This document shows positions 21,003 to 30,304 of a stretch of DNA of 64,000 nt, one piece after another. The notes beneath the pieces are model-generated. The model worked only from the letters and a program-made list of their open reading frames with translations, was not told where the DNA came from and searched no databases. The position numbers were made by a program, and so were the translations under genes. Positions within the stretch are counted from its first letter, which is position 1. Every line of letters begins with the position of its first letter. Source of the stretch: an uncultured delta proteobacterium (lineage in GTDB: Bacteria > Desulfobacterota > Syntrophobacteria > BM002); contig CAVQGX010000022.1 of NCBI GenBank assembly GCA_963712115.1, forward strand, positions 32,001 through 96,000. The letters are read 5' to 3'.

Positions 21003-22307
21003 ATGTCGAAAATATTAAAATTCGATGCTTTGGTTGTTGGCGGAGGTATAGCCGGGCTGCAGGCTGCCTTGGACCTGGCTGATCAGGACTTCAAAGTGGC
21101 CATAGTGGAAAAGGATGCTTCCATTGGTGGTAAAATGATCCGACTCTCCAAAGTATTTCCTACCCTCGATTGCTCAAGCTGCATTACCACACCCAAGATG
21201 GCCGCTGCCGCTCACCATGAAAACATCACCATCTTCACCTACTGCGATCTACAATCTCTCCAGAGAAATGGGGATGGCATGGCCGCAAGGGTGAGGCAGA
21301 AACCCCGGTTTGTGGATGAGGCAAAATGCATAGGTTGCAGACAGTGTGAATATGACTGCCCTATCTACGTGCCCGATGCGGACCAGGGAGGGTTCTCTGC
21401 CCGCAAAGCCATCTATATCCCCTTTTCCAATGCCATTCCACAGATTGCCTTACTGGATGTGGAAAACTGCACCCTCTGTGGCAAATGTGAAAAGGTGTGC
21501 CCCACAAAAGCGGTGGATTATTTTCAGGGACCAAAGGAGTTCAGCATCGAGGCTAAGACCGCTATCCTGGCCACAGGTTTCGAGATAACTCCAGCTGAGA
21601 ACAAGCACCAGTATGGTGAGGGTAAGATCCCCAACGTGATAACCGCCCTGCAGATGGAAAGGCTGTTAGCACCACATGGCCCATACAACCGGGTTCTCAG
21701 GCCTTCCGACGGCATGGAACCGGACTCTATTGCCTATATTCAGTGTGCCGGATCACGGGACAAGAGCATGGGAATTCCTTATTGTTCGCGGGTCTGTTGC
21801 ATGTACGCTATCAAACAGGCCATGCTCCTATCAGGTGCCCTGCCGGTGGCAGACATAACCATTTATTACATGGACATACGCGCCTTCGGCAAAGGCTATG
21901 AGGAATTTTTTCAAAACGCTGTGGCAATGGGAATAGAGTTCGTTAAGGGGAAGGTGGCCACCATAAGCGGAGGGGACAATGGGGGAGTGAAAGTCCACTA
22001 CGAGTCCCAAGGAAAGGGGACCGGTGTTACTCGAGCAGAGCATGACCTGGTGGTATTGTCGTTGGGTATGGTTGCCGGCTGGAACCCCGAGGGTTTATGT
22101 GCTGTATCTACTGCAGGCGATGGTTTCATCAAAACAATCAAGCCAAAATCTTCCCCTAGCAAGACCGACATGGAAGGAGTCTTTGTGGCTGGAGCTGCAG
22201 CTGGTCCTAAAGACATTGTGGATACCATCGCAGAGGCTGGGGCCGCGGCCATGGAGGCTGCCAAGTACCTGACGGCTATGAACTCTTCACCAAAGGCAGT
22301 GGCGTGA
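21003..22307 (+). CDS. hdrA: HdrA family flavoprotein, short form with inserted ferredoxin
   Basis: GGGIAG, KVFPTLDCSSC, CIGCRQCEYDCP and CTLCGKCEKVCP, QCAGSRD..YCSRVCC, GPKDI. Confidence 0.92.
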   Translation: MSKILKFDALVVGGGIAGLQAALDLADQDFKVAIVEKDASIGGKMIRLSKVFPTLDCSSCITTPKMAAAAHHENITIFTYCDLQSLQRNGDGMAARVRQKPRFVDEAKCIGCRQCEYDCPIYVPDADQGGFSARKAIYIPFSNAIPQIALLDVENCTLCGKCEKVCPTKAVDYFQGPKEFSIEAKTAILATGFEITPAENKHQYGEGKIPNVITALQMERLLAPHGPYNRVLRPSDGMEPDSIAYIQCAGSRDKSMGIPYCSRVCCMYAIKQAMLLSGALPVADITIYYMDIRAFGKGYEEFFQNAVAMGIEFVKGKVATISGGDNGGVKVHYESQGKGTGVTRAEHDLVVLSLGMVAGWNPEGLCAVSTAGDGFIKTIKPKSSPSKTDMEGVFVAGAAAGPKDIVDTIAEAGAAAMEAAKYLTAMNSSPKAVA

Positions 22308-22350
22308 GGTTTAGTTGATTGGCCTGGATTCTTTACTGGGAAATGCACAG

Positions 22351-24279
22351 ATGGCAAAGAGAACAAAAGAGAGAGAGATGGAAGCGGAACCTAAAATAGG
22401 GGTTTACGTTTGCCAATGCGGGGGCAACATCTCAGACCATGTTAATGTAGAAAAAGTATGCGAGGGAGCGAGCAAGATCCCTGGAGTCGTGGTGGCTCGG
22501 GAGAACATGTTCATGTGCTCCGACCCAGGCCAAGATCTCATAATCGAAGATCTCAAAAGCGGGGCTGTTGACCGGGTGGTAGTGGCATCTTGTGCACCAG
22601 ACCTACACGAGCTGACCTTTCGCAAAGCCGTTTCGCGGGCGGGCAAAAATCCCTATATATACGAACATGCCAATATTCGCGAACAGGTGAGCTGGGTACA
22701 TCATGGCGATGCAGCAACTGAGAAGGCAACCCGGCTGGTGGCGGCAGCCACTGCCAAGGCTAAGCAGCTCCAGCCCCTTGAACCAATTCGGGTAGAGGCC
22801 AAACAACATGCAGTGGTTATTGGGGGTGGCATAGCAGGTATGAAGGGTGCTACGGATCTGGCGGGGCGAGGTATTGCAGTAACATTGCTGGAGAAATCGC
22901 CGTTTCTCGGGGGAAGGGCGGCTCAGCTGGATGGTTTAGCTCCAACCGGGGAAAAAGCCTCTGATCTCATTTCGGAGCTTACCGGCGAGGTTTTGAATGA
23001 TCCGGCGATTGCGGTTTACACCAATGCGGAATTGACGAATTCTGAAGGTTACGTGGGCAAGTTCAAGCTAAGGTTCCAAAGGCGGCCTCCAAATTCACAA
23101 GAAGATCTCGACAAAATTAAGGAAATGGTTGAATCCGGTAAAGAATTTGGAGAGTTCATTCCGCTCGTGGGAATCTGCCCGGAAAAGATAGCAGAAAAGA
23201 GTGAAGAATATACCGTCGAAGCCGGTGTAATTTTACTGGCAACGGGTTTCAGGCCTTATAGTCCCCGTAAAGGTGAATACGGTTTCGGGGAATTTGAGGA
23301 GGTGGTAACACTCCCAGAATTTATAAAACTCATGGCGAAAAACCGGAGAAACGGCGACTTGCTAGAGATCAAGGGCAAGAAAATCAAGAGTGTTGCCATT
23401 ATTCATTGTGTTGGCAGTAGGCAGATTCCAGGCATTCATGAGGAGGATGACACAGGCTACCTTAACGAATACTGTTCTCGGACCTGCTGTACAGCCACAC
23501 TCCATGCTGCCAACACTGTCCGCGAAAATTATCCGGAAACAAGAGTTTTTGACTTTTACCGCGACATAAGGACTTATGGCCGAGGACAAGAGGAGTTGTA
23601 CGAGCGGGCTTCTAAGAACAGAATTCTATTCCTCCGTTATGAACCGGCAGAAGCTCCAATTGTGGAGAGAAACAATGGATCCAATGGTTATCCCCTCTCG
23701 GTCAAAGTAAATGACACCCTGACCTTTGGCGAGGAAGTGGAGGTACCTGTTGATCTGGTGGTTCTAGCTGTGGGCATGGAACCGAACAATGTTTCTAATC
23801 TGGTGGAAATGATGAAGCTTCCAGTGGGAGCCGATCGCTTTCTCCAGGAAGTCCACCCGAAACTACGACCGGTTGAATTGTCAGTGGCGGGCATTTTACT
23901 GGCAGGGACATGCCAATCACCTATGGATACAGGCGAAGCTTGCAATGGTGCTTCTAGCGCGGCAGTTAAGGCTTCGTCCCTGCTAAGCCGCGGCTATGTG
24001 GAACTGGATCCCTTTGTGGCCGAGGTGGATGTGGAAAAGTGCACGGGCACCGGAGCCTGTGTGAAGGCATGTTTGAGAGAAGAGGCCCTTAGTCTGGTGG
24101 AGATGGAGGTCGAGGGCAAAAAAGTCCGACGGGCAGAGGTAAATCCAGCTCGGTGCAATGGCTGTGGCGCCTGCGTGGCAGTGTGCCCTGAAAACGCCAT
24201 CAATGTCAAAGGGTGGACGCTCAAGCAGTATGAGGCCATGGTGGATATGATCGTTACAGATGACATCTCAGCTGGATAA
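22351..24279 (+). CDS. hdrA: HdrA family flavoprotein with N-terminal domain and C-terminal ferredoxin
   Basis: KIGVYVCQCGGNI, FMCSDPGQ, ASCAP, ANIREQ, GGGIAG, HCVGSR..YCSRTCC, EVHPKLRPV, CTGTGACVKAC and CNGCGACVAVCP. Confidence 0.93.
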   Translation: MAKRTKEREMEAEPKIGVYVCQCGGNISDHVNVEKVCEGASKIPGVVVARENMFMCSDPGQDLIIEDLKSGAVDRVVVASCAPDLHELTFRKAVSRAGKNPYIYEHANIREQVSWVHHGDAATEKATRLVAAATAKAKQLQPLEPIRVEAKQHAVVIGGGIAGMKGATDLAGRGIAVTLLEKSPFLGGRAAQLDGLAPTGEKASDLISELTGEVLNDPAIAVYTNAELTNSEGYVGKFKLRFQRRPPNSQEDLDKIKEMVESGKEFGEFIPLVGICPEKIAEKSEEYTVEAGVILLATGFRPYSPRKGEYGFGEFEEVVTLPEFIKLMAKNRRNGDLLEIKGKKIKSVAIIHCVGSRQIPGIHEEDDTGYLNEYCSRTCCTATLHAANTVRENYPETRVFDFYRDIRTYGRGQEELYERASKNRILFLRYEPAEAPIVERNNGSNGYPLSVKVNDTLTFGEEVEVPVDLVVLAVGMEPNNVSNLVEMMKLPVGADRFLQEVHPKLRPVELSVAGILLAGTCQSPMDTGEACNGASSAAVKASSLLSRGYVELDPFVAEVDVEKCTGTGACVKACLREEALSLVEMEVEGKKVRRAEVNPARCNGCGACVAVCPENAINVKGWTLKQYEAMVDMIVTDDISAG

Positions 24280-24414
24280 TGTTTTGGGCAGTATCTCTAC
24301 AGCAGGCCCAAATCCACCGTCTAATTTAGTTATCAGTATTGAAATCAGCTGCTTATGCAGTATTCCTGATCACCATCAAGGCAGGGTGTAGCGGATGCCA
24401 TATGAGGACAAAAA

Positions 24415-24732
24415 ATGACTGAAGCAAGAGAAGAGAATAGAGTCCAGAAAGAGGCAATGAAAAAGCTGCGCCAGGGCAGAAAAGTAAAGATCAAGACGGC
24501 CAAGGCTAGAATGAAGGAGCAGCGGAAAACAATCAAGGCCATCAAAGAGCAGCTCAAGGATAGCCCTCAGACGGTGCCGGAGATTGCCGCGGCCACAGGA
24601 TTTGAACCTTCCCATGTCCTTTGGTTCCTTGCAGCCCTGAAGAAATACGGCCAGATCGTTGAAGGTGAAAAGGACGGTAGCTACTTTAAATTTAGCTTAG
24701 CGAAAAAAACTTCAGATGAGGAGCCACGCTAG
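24415..24732 (+). CDS. Small basic winged-helix protein
   Basis: PQTVPEIAAATG...VLWFLAALKKYGQIVEG..Y pattern. Confidence 0.78.
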   Translation: MTEAREENRVQKEAMKKLRQGRKVKIKTAKARMKEQRKTIKAIKEQLKDSPQTVPEIAAATGFEPSHVLWFLAALKKYGQIVEGEKDGSYFKFSLAKKTSDEEPR

Positions 24733-24775
24733 AGTAATAGGTAGTTAGATTCATTACTCTAAAGGAGAATCGATA

Positions 24776-25087
24776 ATGGCAACGGTGGATCTGGAATTTG
24801 CCGAGCAGTTGGAGCGCTTTGGAGTGGACAACGCCTTAGAATGCTTTAATTGTGGAACCTGTGCGGCGATCTGTCCTCTCATATATGAACACTTCCCGAG
24901 AAAAATCATCCGATACGTTCAGTTGGGTGCCAAGGATGTGATACTCCGAGACGCAGATGAGCTGTGGCGCTGCCTCCACTGTGGGCTTTGCACCTATACC
25001 TGTCCGAGAGAAGCTAATCCCGGTGAACTTATTCTGGGATTAAGGCGATATGTTATCGCCACCTGGAGGGGGACTGCTCATGTATAA
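24776..25087 (+). CDS. HdrC-like 2x[4Fe-4S] protein
   Basis: CFNCGTCAAICP, PRKIIRYVQLG, LWRCLHCGLCTYTCP. Confidence 0.9.
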   Translation: MATVDLEFAEQLERFGVDNALECFNCGTCAAICPLIYEHFPRKIIRYVQLGAKDVILRDADELWRCLHCGLCTYTCPREANPGELILGLRRYVIATWRGTAHV

Positions 25088-26006
25088 ACCTAGGGATATT
25101 ATCGAACTCATCGCTGACAACGTCAAGAAAACGGGAAATCCCTTTGGCGCTTCTAGCAAGGTGATCAACGGATGGTGGAAAAACGTCCCCCTGCCCCGGG
25201 AAGGTGATAGGCTGCTCTTTACAGGTCTAATGTATCAATCCGTACCTTTTATAGAAAAGACAACCACTTACCTTGAGAGCTACGAAGATACAGCTCTTGG
25301 GAAATATGTGAAGTACGGTAGGTTCGTGCCTAAACTTCTGGTGGGATGGGGATTTACCTTGCTCGCTTCCAAGGAAGAGAAAAGGAAGTTCAATGGTATG
25401 CTGCGCAGCATCGTCGAGGTTCTCAAGAAATCGAAGGTCAATTTCTACTACAGACCCGAACTGGACCACTACAGCGGTATCTTACTCTACGACCTGGGAG
25501 ATCTCGATGGGTTCATAAACCACGCTAGGTCTGTGGTAAGTAAGCTCAAAGAAAAGGGGGTCAAAAAGCTCATAACAGTCGACCCCCACACAACATATGC
25601 TTTGAAAATTCTCTACCCAAAATACACGGGTGAAACGTTCGAAGTAAAGACCTACTTCGAGTTAGTCAATTTGACCGGCAACAACGGCAACAGGCAGGTT
25701 ACCCTTCACGATCCATGCATGTACGGAAGATACCTAGAGATGTCGGATGTTCCGAAGAAGGTCTTGGAAAATCTGGGCATCGAATGCTTGGCAGTTCGGA
25801 ACTCCGGCCCCTTCACCATTTGCTGCGGCGGTCCGGCCGAGTCCGTGTCTCCCAAGCTTTCTAGAGAACTGGTTGACAGAAGGATCGAAGAACTGCAGTC
25901 AACCGGTGCTCCCGTGGTGGCAATGTGCCCAATATGCATGGCAAATCTTACAAAGGGCGGTGTGGAGGTGGAGGATCTTTCCACCTTGATTAACCGCTGC
26001 GCCTAA
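25080..26006 (+). CDS. CCG-domain (HdrB/HdrD-like) Fe-S protein
   Basis: KTGNPFG, HDPCMYGR, CCGG, MCPIC; the first CCG half is degenerate. Confidence 0.87.
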   Translation: MYKPRDIIELIADNVKKTGNPFGASSKVINGWWKNVPLPREGDRLLFTGLMYQSVPFIEKTTTYLESYEDTALGKYVKYGRFVPKLLVGWGFTLLASKEEKRKFNGMLRSIVEVLKKSKVNFYYRPELDHYSGILLYDLGDLDGFINHARSVVSKLKEKGVKKLITVDPHTTYALKILYPKYTGETFEVKTYFELVNLTGNNGNRQVTLHDPCMYGRYLEMSDVPKKVLENLGIECLAVRNSGPFTICCGGPAESVSPKLSRELVDRRIEELQSTGAPVVAMCPICMANLTKGGVEVEDLSTLINRCA

Positions 26007-26068
26007 ATGAACCATTAAGAGGCGTCAATGTTAATTCTGTAAAAAACTAAACAACCAAAGAAAGGAGA

Positions 26069-26443
26069 ATGAAGATGGCGGAAGCTGAAAAGATGGTCTA
26101 CATCGTGACCCACGCGGGAGAGGATCCGGAGAGAGCAACCTTTCCATTCATGCTGGCAACTGCGGCCCAGGCCATGGAAGTCGAGGCAGTGGTAGCTTTG
26201 CAGGGAGTATCAGTGTTTCTAGCCAAAAAAGGCTACCTGGATCACGTCGCAGCGGCTGGTTTACCCCCACTCAAGGACTTGGTAGCCAGATTTTTCGAGG
26301 CCGGCGGCAAGCTGCTCATCTGCACACCTTGCATCAGAGAGAGAAACATTGAAGAATCTGACTTGATAGAAGGTGCGGAGTTGATTGCTGCAGCGAGGCT
26401 CAACCAAGAGATTCTCAGTGCAAACGCAACATTAGTTTACTAA
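26069..26443 (+). CDS. DsrE family protein
   Basis: THAGEDPERATFPF...QGVSV...GGKLLICTPCIRER. Confidence 0.88.
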   Translation: MKMAEAEKMVYIVTHAGEDPERATFPFMLATAAQAMEVEAVVALQGVSVFLAKKGYLDHVAAAGLPPLKDLVARFFEAGGKLLICTPCIRERNIEESDLIEGAELIAAARLNQEILSANATLVY

Positions 26444-26479
26444 AAAAGACCAGGAAGAATCCCACCTCTCAATCTACAT

Positions 26480-26523
26480 TTCCCCCTCCCCTCTAATCCT
26501 CAAACGAGGGGCGGGGGATTTTC
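26480..26523 (+). terminator. Possible terminator after dsrE
   Basis: TCCCCCTCCCCTC...GAGGGGCGGGGGA stem followed by TTTT. Confidence 0.5.
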
Positions 26524-26635
26524 ATTATTACAGGGCTTTAGGTGTCAGGTTTCAGGTGTCAGGAAGGAAAGACCAGCTCTGGGGGCATCTCAAAGCCGGG
26601 TCCTCCCGCCGGGCCGTAGGCAGGGCCCGGATTCT

Positions 26636-27253
26636 TTATTGGCCTCTACCAGGTGGAGGCAACGTTTGAAAAAAAGGATCTCCCTGTTGACCGGGAAGGC
26701 TTAGAGTCTCGAGCAGGGGCAAGAGACCGCCACTTTCTGTGAAACTGAGGTAATTGCGATAATGGTGGCCACCAGCCAGCCGTTCTATGAATCGGCAAAT
26801 AGTAGAAACAAAGTTCACTGGTGGAGGTACTCGGTAGTCTACCAAGATGAGGGTCCGCGCCAGCCGCTGCATCTCCCTCAGTACTGGCAGACGTTGCTTT
26901 GACTCCATCTCATGCAGAACCATGCAGGCAGTGGCGTAGTCAAAGTAACCACTGGGGAAAGCAGCCAATTTTTCCCCAGAGGCAAAGATGAACTGGACGT
27001 TCGTAAGCCCCAAGTCTCGAAGTCGCTGATGGGCGTATGCCCACATGCGATGGGAAGCTTCGACTCCCACCAATTCCGTACACGAATCGGTAAGGAAAAA
27101 AACAAGCTCACCGGTGCCGCAACCGATATCAATGAGGGAACTTCCCGGCTTTATTTGTCGGCGCACCAGCTTTCGCGCCTTGCGCAGAGCTGGATCCACA
27201 AATAAATGATAGAGCCAACCGTCGTAGAAGTTCTCTTGGCGTTTTTGAGACAT
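26636..27253 (-). CDS. Class I SAM-dependent methyltransferase
   Basis: LIDIGCGTG, FDYA..MVLHE, LILVDY; the 3' end may be frameshifted. Confidence 0.88.
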   Translation of the reverse strand: MSQKRQENFYDGWLYHLFVDPALRKARKLVRRQIKPGSSLIDIGCGTGELVFFLTDSCTELVGVEASHRMWAYAHQRLRDLGLTNVQFIFASGEKLAAFPSGYFDYATACMVLHEMESKQRLPVLREMQRLARTLILVDYRVPPPVNFVSTICRFIERLAGGHHYRNYLSFTESGGLLPLLETLSLPGQQGDPFFQTLPPPGRGQ

Positions 27254-27404
27254 ATAGGTGTCTTAAGTCGCATAGCGGTTAGCGTTAAAGGCTCAGGGCG
27301 CAAAGCTACCTGGGTCATTAGGCTTCGCCGTCATTAGGTCATTACGCTACGCTGTCATTTATTGTAAGAGGTAGAGGACCAGAAAATTGCGAAATTCGAA
27401 ATTA

Positions 27405-27484
27405 AGAATCCGCAATGCGAAACCGGAAACCCACCCGAAGGGTGGGAGTCCGAAAAACAAATTCCCAAAGTGCCTAGTGCCTAG
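27405..27484 (+). repeat. About 80-bp dispersed repeat within a heptamer tract (copy 1)
   Basis: AATCCGCAATGCGAAACCGGAAACCCACCCGAAGGGTGGGAGTCCGAA...AAAGTGCCTAGTGCCTAG; near-identical to 62480-62557. Confidence 0.8.
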
Positions 27485-27772
27485 TTGGTTTCCCCATGCT
27501 CCATGCTCTATGCCTGTTTCAAATCCGCAATCCGAAATCCCAAATTGCTCCATGCTCTATGCCCGCTGGATTCTGACTCCTGGCTACTGGATTCTTAAGA
27601 TGATAAAGTCATCAGCCTGTGACCCATAAGGCTAGTACCATAAATAAATTTTAGAAGAAAGCAATCGGTTTTTTGTTCTATTTTAAGCTTGATGGTCTTA
27701 CCAGCGGTATGATAGGGAAACGTTGATAATGACCATTTCGTCAAAGTTGATCTGATTCTCACACCTGAAGAG

Positions 27773-29185
27773 TTGAGCGTGCCGGTTTTCGACAAAAAAG
27801 ACTTTGCTAAAATTCTTGAGCAAATAGAGCAGGGGAGTATTGCCCCCATCTATCTCCTCCACGGAGAGGATTACCTGGTGAAATCAGCCCTTGAAGAGCT
27901 CACAGAGCTGCTTGTTCCGGAATCACAGCGAAGCACAAATCTCCAGGTGGTTGACGGGGGGGAAGCTGACTTTCGACAAATCTTGGACAGCGTCAACACT
28001 TTCGCCCTCTTTGGGGGGCGCAAGGTGATTGTGGTGCGCAATAGCCGCATTTTTTACTCCCGCGCCAACCTCCCTGCTCTTGTTGCCAAGAGCAAAGAGG
28101 GTTATGAAGCTGGAGATCTGAAAACTGCAGCTCGTCTTCTGCTCGAGGTGCTAGGGCACGCTGAATGGTCCCTTGCCGATGTGGCCGCAGGAGCCTGGCG
28201 AGAAATACCTGCCGATCTATGGAAACAAACCATGGGGGTGGAGCAGGGACAGTCTGAGTTGGGGTGGCTGGAGCAAGTTGTAGAGTACGCCAGCAGCGCG
28301 GAAATGGAGATACCGGTCAAGACCGATGAGGGTTCTTTACTGGAAGAGGCTCTTCAGCAGGGGTTTCCTTCGGAGCAATGTTTACTCATTACCACTGACA
28401 CCATAGACCGACGGAGAAGCCTTTACCGGCTCATGGAAGAAAAGGGGATTGTAGCCGATTTCAGTGTGACTTCAGGTACGGGCCGAAAAGCTCGCTCCCA
28501 GCAAGAGGCAGTCTTGCGAAGCTTGGCTGAGGAAATTTTGTCTGCAGCTGGCAAGAAAATTGAGCCTGAGGCGCTATCCCTGCTCCTGGAGAGAACCGGA
28601 TTTAATCTCTGGGCCCTCAAGACTCAGCTGGAGAAGATTATTTCTTTTGTGGGAGAAGAGTCCTTGGTCACCCTAGAGCAAGCAGAAAGTATGAGCGACC
28701 AGTTTCGGGAGGAAGCCCTGTATGAGTTAAACAACGCAGTGACTGAGAGAAACTGTGAAGCTGCTTTGCAGGTTTTGAACCGCCTTTTGGATCAGAACTA
28801 CCACCCGCTCCAGGTTCTCGCCTCTCTGGCCACGGAGGTGCGGCGATTGCTTTTAGCGCGAGAATTTATCGAAGAGCATCTGGCAGGAAGTCTGGACCCA
28901 AGCATCTCCTACGGCAGTTTCCAAAAGACCGTGCTGCCCATTGTAAAAGAGAAGACCGAGAAAGGATCCCCCCTGGGCAGTATGCATCCCTTTGCTTTGC
29001 ATAAGACCCTGGTCCGCTCCCGTGCTTATCAGACCGCGGACCTGATCAATGCTCTGCAGCATCTTTTTCAAACCGATCTCACCCTAAAGAGCAGTGGCAT
29101 TACTGGGCGCGCTGTTATGGAGAGTCTGATTATGAGGCTCTGCCGATTGACTCCGCGCCCCATGCCCCAGTCTTCACGACAGTGA
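27773..29185 (+). CDS. holA: DNA polymerase III delta subunit
   Basis: PIYLLHGEDYL, FALFGGRKVIVVR, LKTQLEKI, HPLQVL, DLTLKSS; carries an internal insertion. Confidence 0.88.
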   Translation: MSVPVFDKKDFAKILEQIEQGSIAPIYLLHGEDYLVKSALEELTELLVPESQRSTNLQVVDGGEADFRQILDSVNTFALFGGRKVIVVRNSRIFYSRANLPALVAKSKEGYEAGDLKTAARLLLEVLGHAEWSLADVAAGAWREIPADLWKQTMGVEQGQSELGWLEQVVEYASSAEMEIPVKTDEGSLLEEALQQGFPSEQCLLITTDTIDRRRSLYRLMEEKGIVADFSVTSGTGRKARSQQEAVLRSLAEEILSAAGKKIEPEALSLLLERTGFNLWALKTQLEKIISFVGEESLVTLEQAESMSDQFREEALYELNNAVTERNCEAALQVLNRLLDQNYHPLQVLASLATEVRRLLLAREFIEEHLAGSLDPSISYGSFQKTVLPIVKEKTEKGSPLGSMHPFALHKTLVRSRAYQTADLINALQHLFQTDLTLKSSGITGRAVMESLIMRLCRLTPRPMPQSSRQ

Positions 29186-30304
29186 TATCTCCTCATGAAT
29201 GACAGCAAGACGTTGCACAACCTCTTCATTAATGCTTATGCCAAGTCCATATCCTGCCAGTGGCCGGGCCACCCCACCCGGTCCGAATTCCACAGGCTCG
29301 TTTACAATGTCCTCCTTGAGTATATAGTTGGAGTAGGACCCCTCTAGATAGAGCAGTTTTCGGCTCAAGGCAAACTGTCGCCCGGCTGCAGAGAGAATAC
29401 CCGTTTCCCCTACTTGGCAGCCCAGCTGTGCGGCAATTCCTTGCTCTTGGCCTATTTGGTGCATTCGGGCTGCAGCGAGGATGCCACCGCACTTGGACAA
29501 TCTCAGGTTGAATACCTTGCAGGCGTGCAAGGATGCCAAGTCTTTCGCATCACGCTCAAAACACAAGGATTCATCAGCTATCACTGGAATGTCCACTTGA
29601 TCTGCCACCCGCTTTAGCCCGATTAAATCCTCTTTGGAGACCGGCTGCTCCACAGCGGTAATGCCATAAGCCATCATGGCATCAATGCGTTGTTCCGCTT
29701 CATCGGCACTCCAGGCACCGTTGGCATCTACCCTAAGGTCTACCTCGTGCCCGAGAATTTCCCGGACCAGAGACAAAACCGCCAGATCTTGGTCATTTCC
29801 TACTTTAATCTTTACAAAAGACATCTGCATCTCACGTATCACGTGAAGAAGACGATGGAAACTGGGCTGATTCATCATGGGTATTACCGCGCTGTAAACC
29901 AGCTGAAACTCTTCTCCTCCTAGGAATTGAGCCACAGACTGCCCCCAGGTTTTGCCTGCTGCGTCAAGTATGGCAAGTTCCAGGGCACAGCACGCGGCCG
30001 GGGCGCGAGCTCGATTGGGCTCTGAGATCAATTCGCTGAGTTTTTCCAACAAATCTTCTGGGTCATTCCAATGGAGTCCATTGATCTTGGGGATCAAATG
30101 GTCTCGTAGGAAGGTCAGACTGGTAGCAGTTGTCTCACCAGTAACGTACTGCCTAGCAATACCCTCGCCGAATCCCACCACACCAGAATCTGTAACCACC
30201 TTGACTACAAGGTTTTCACTGTGGCTTCGTTCAGCTAGGTAGTGTTTGATAGGCATGCACAGCTCTATCTGCAGGAGATAGAGATGGATCTTCTTCAGCC
30301 GCAT
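29174..30304 (-). CDS. Enolase superfamily (MLE subgroup) enzyme
   Basis: GFGEG, ALELAILD, KIKVG, RVDANGAW, VEQP, IADES, NLRLSKCGG, GCQVGET; likely start MRLKKI at 30304. Confidence 0.88.
   Translation of the reverse strand: MRLKKIHLYLLQIELCMPIKHYLAERSHSENLVVKVVTDSGVVGFGEGIARQYVTGETTATSLTFLRDHLIPKINGLHWNDPEDLLEKLSELISEPNRARAPAACCALELAILDAAGKTWGQSVAQFLGGEEFQLVYSAVIPMMNQPSFHRLLHVIREMQMSFVKIKVGNDQDLAVLSLVREILGHEVDLRVDANGAWSADEAEQRIDAMMAYGITAVEQPVSKEDLIGLKRVADQVDIPVIADESLCFERDAKDLASLHACKVFNLRLSKCGGILAAARMHQIGQEQGIAAQLGCQVGETGILSAAGRQFALSRKLLYLEGSYSNYILKEDIVNEPVEFGPGGVARPLAGYGLGISINEEVVQRLAVIHEEISLS

Noticed and set aside
20976-26006. Calling the cluster qmoABC or canonical hdrABC
   Set aside because: There is no aprAB, no fused MvhD or membrane QmoC, the HdrA domains are split differently, and the CCG protein has only one intact site.
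27270-27600. Repeat tracts here and at 58101 and 62320 as CRISPR arrays
   Set aside because: No constant-length repeats with unique spacers and no cas genes; they are low-complexity heptamer modules.
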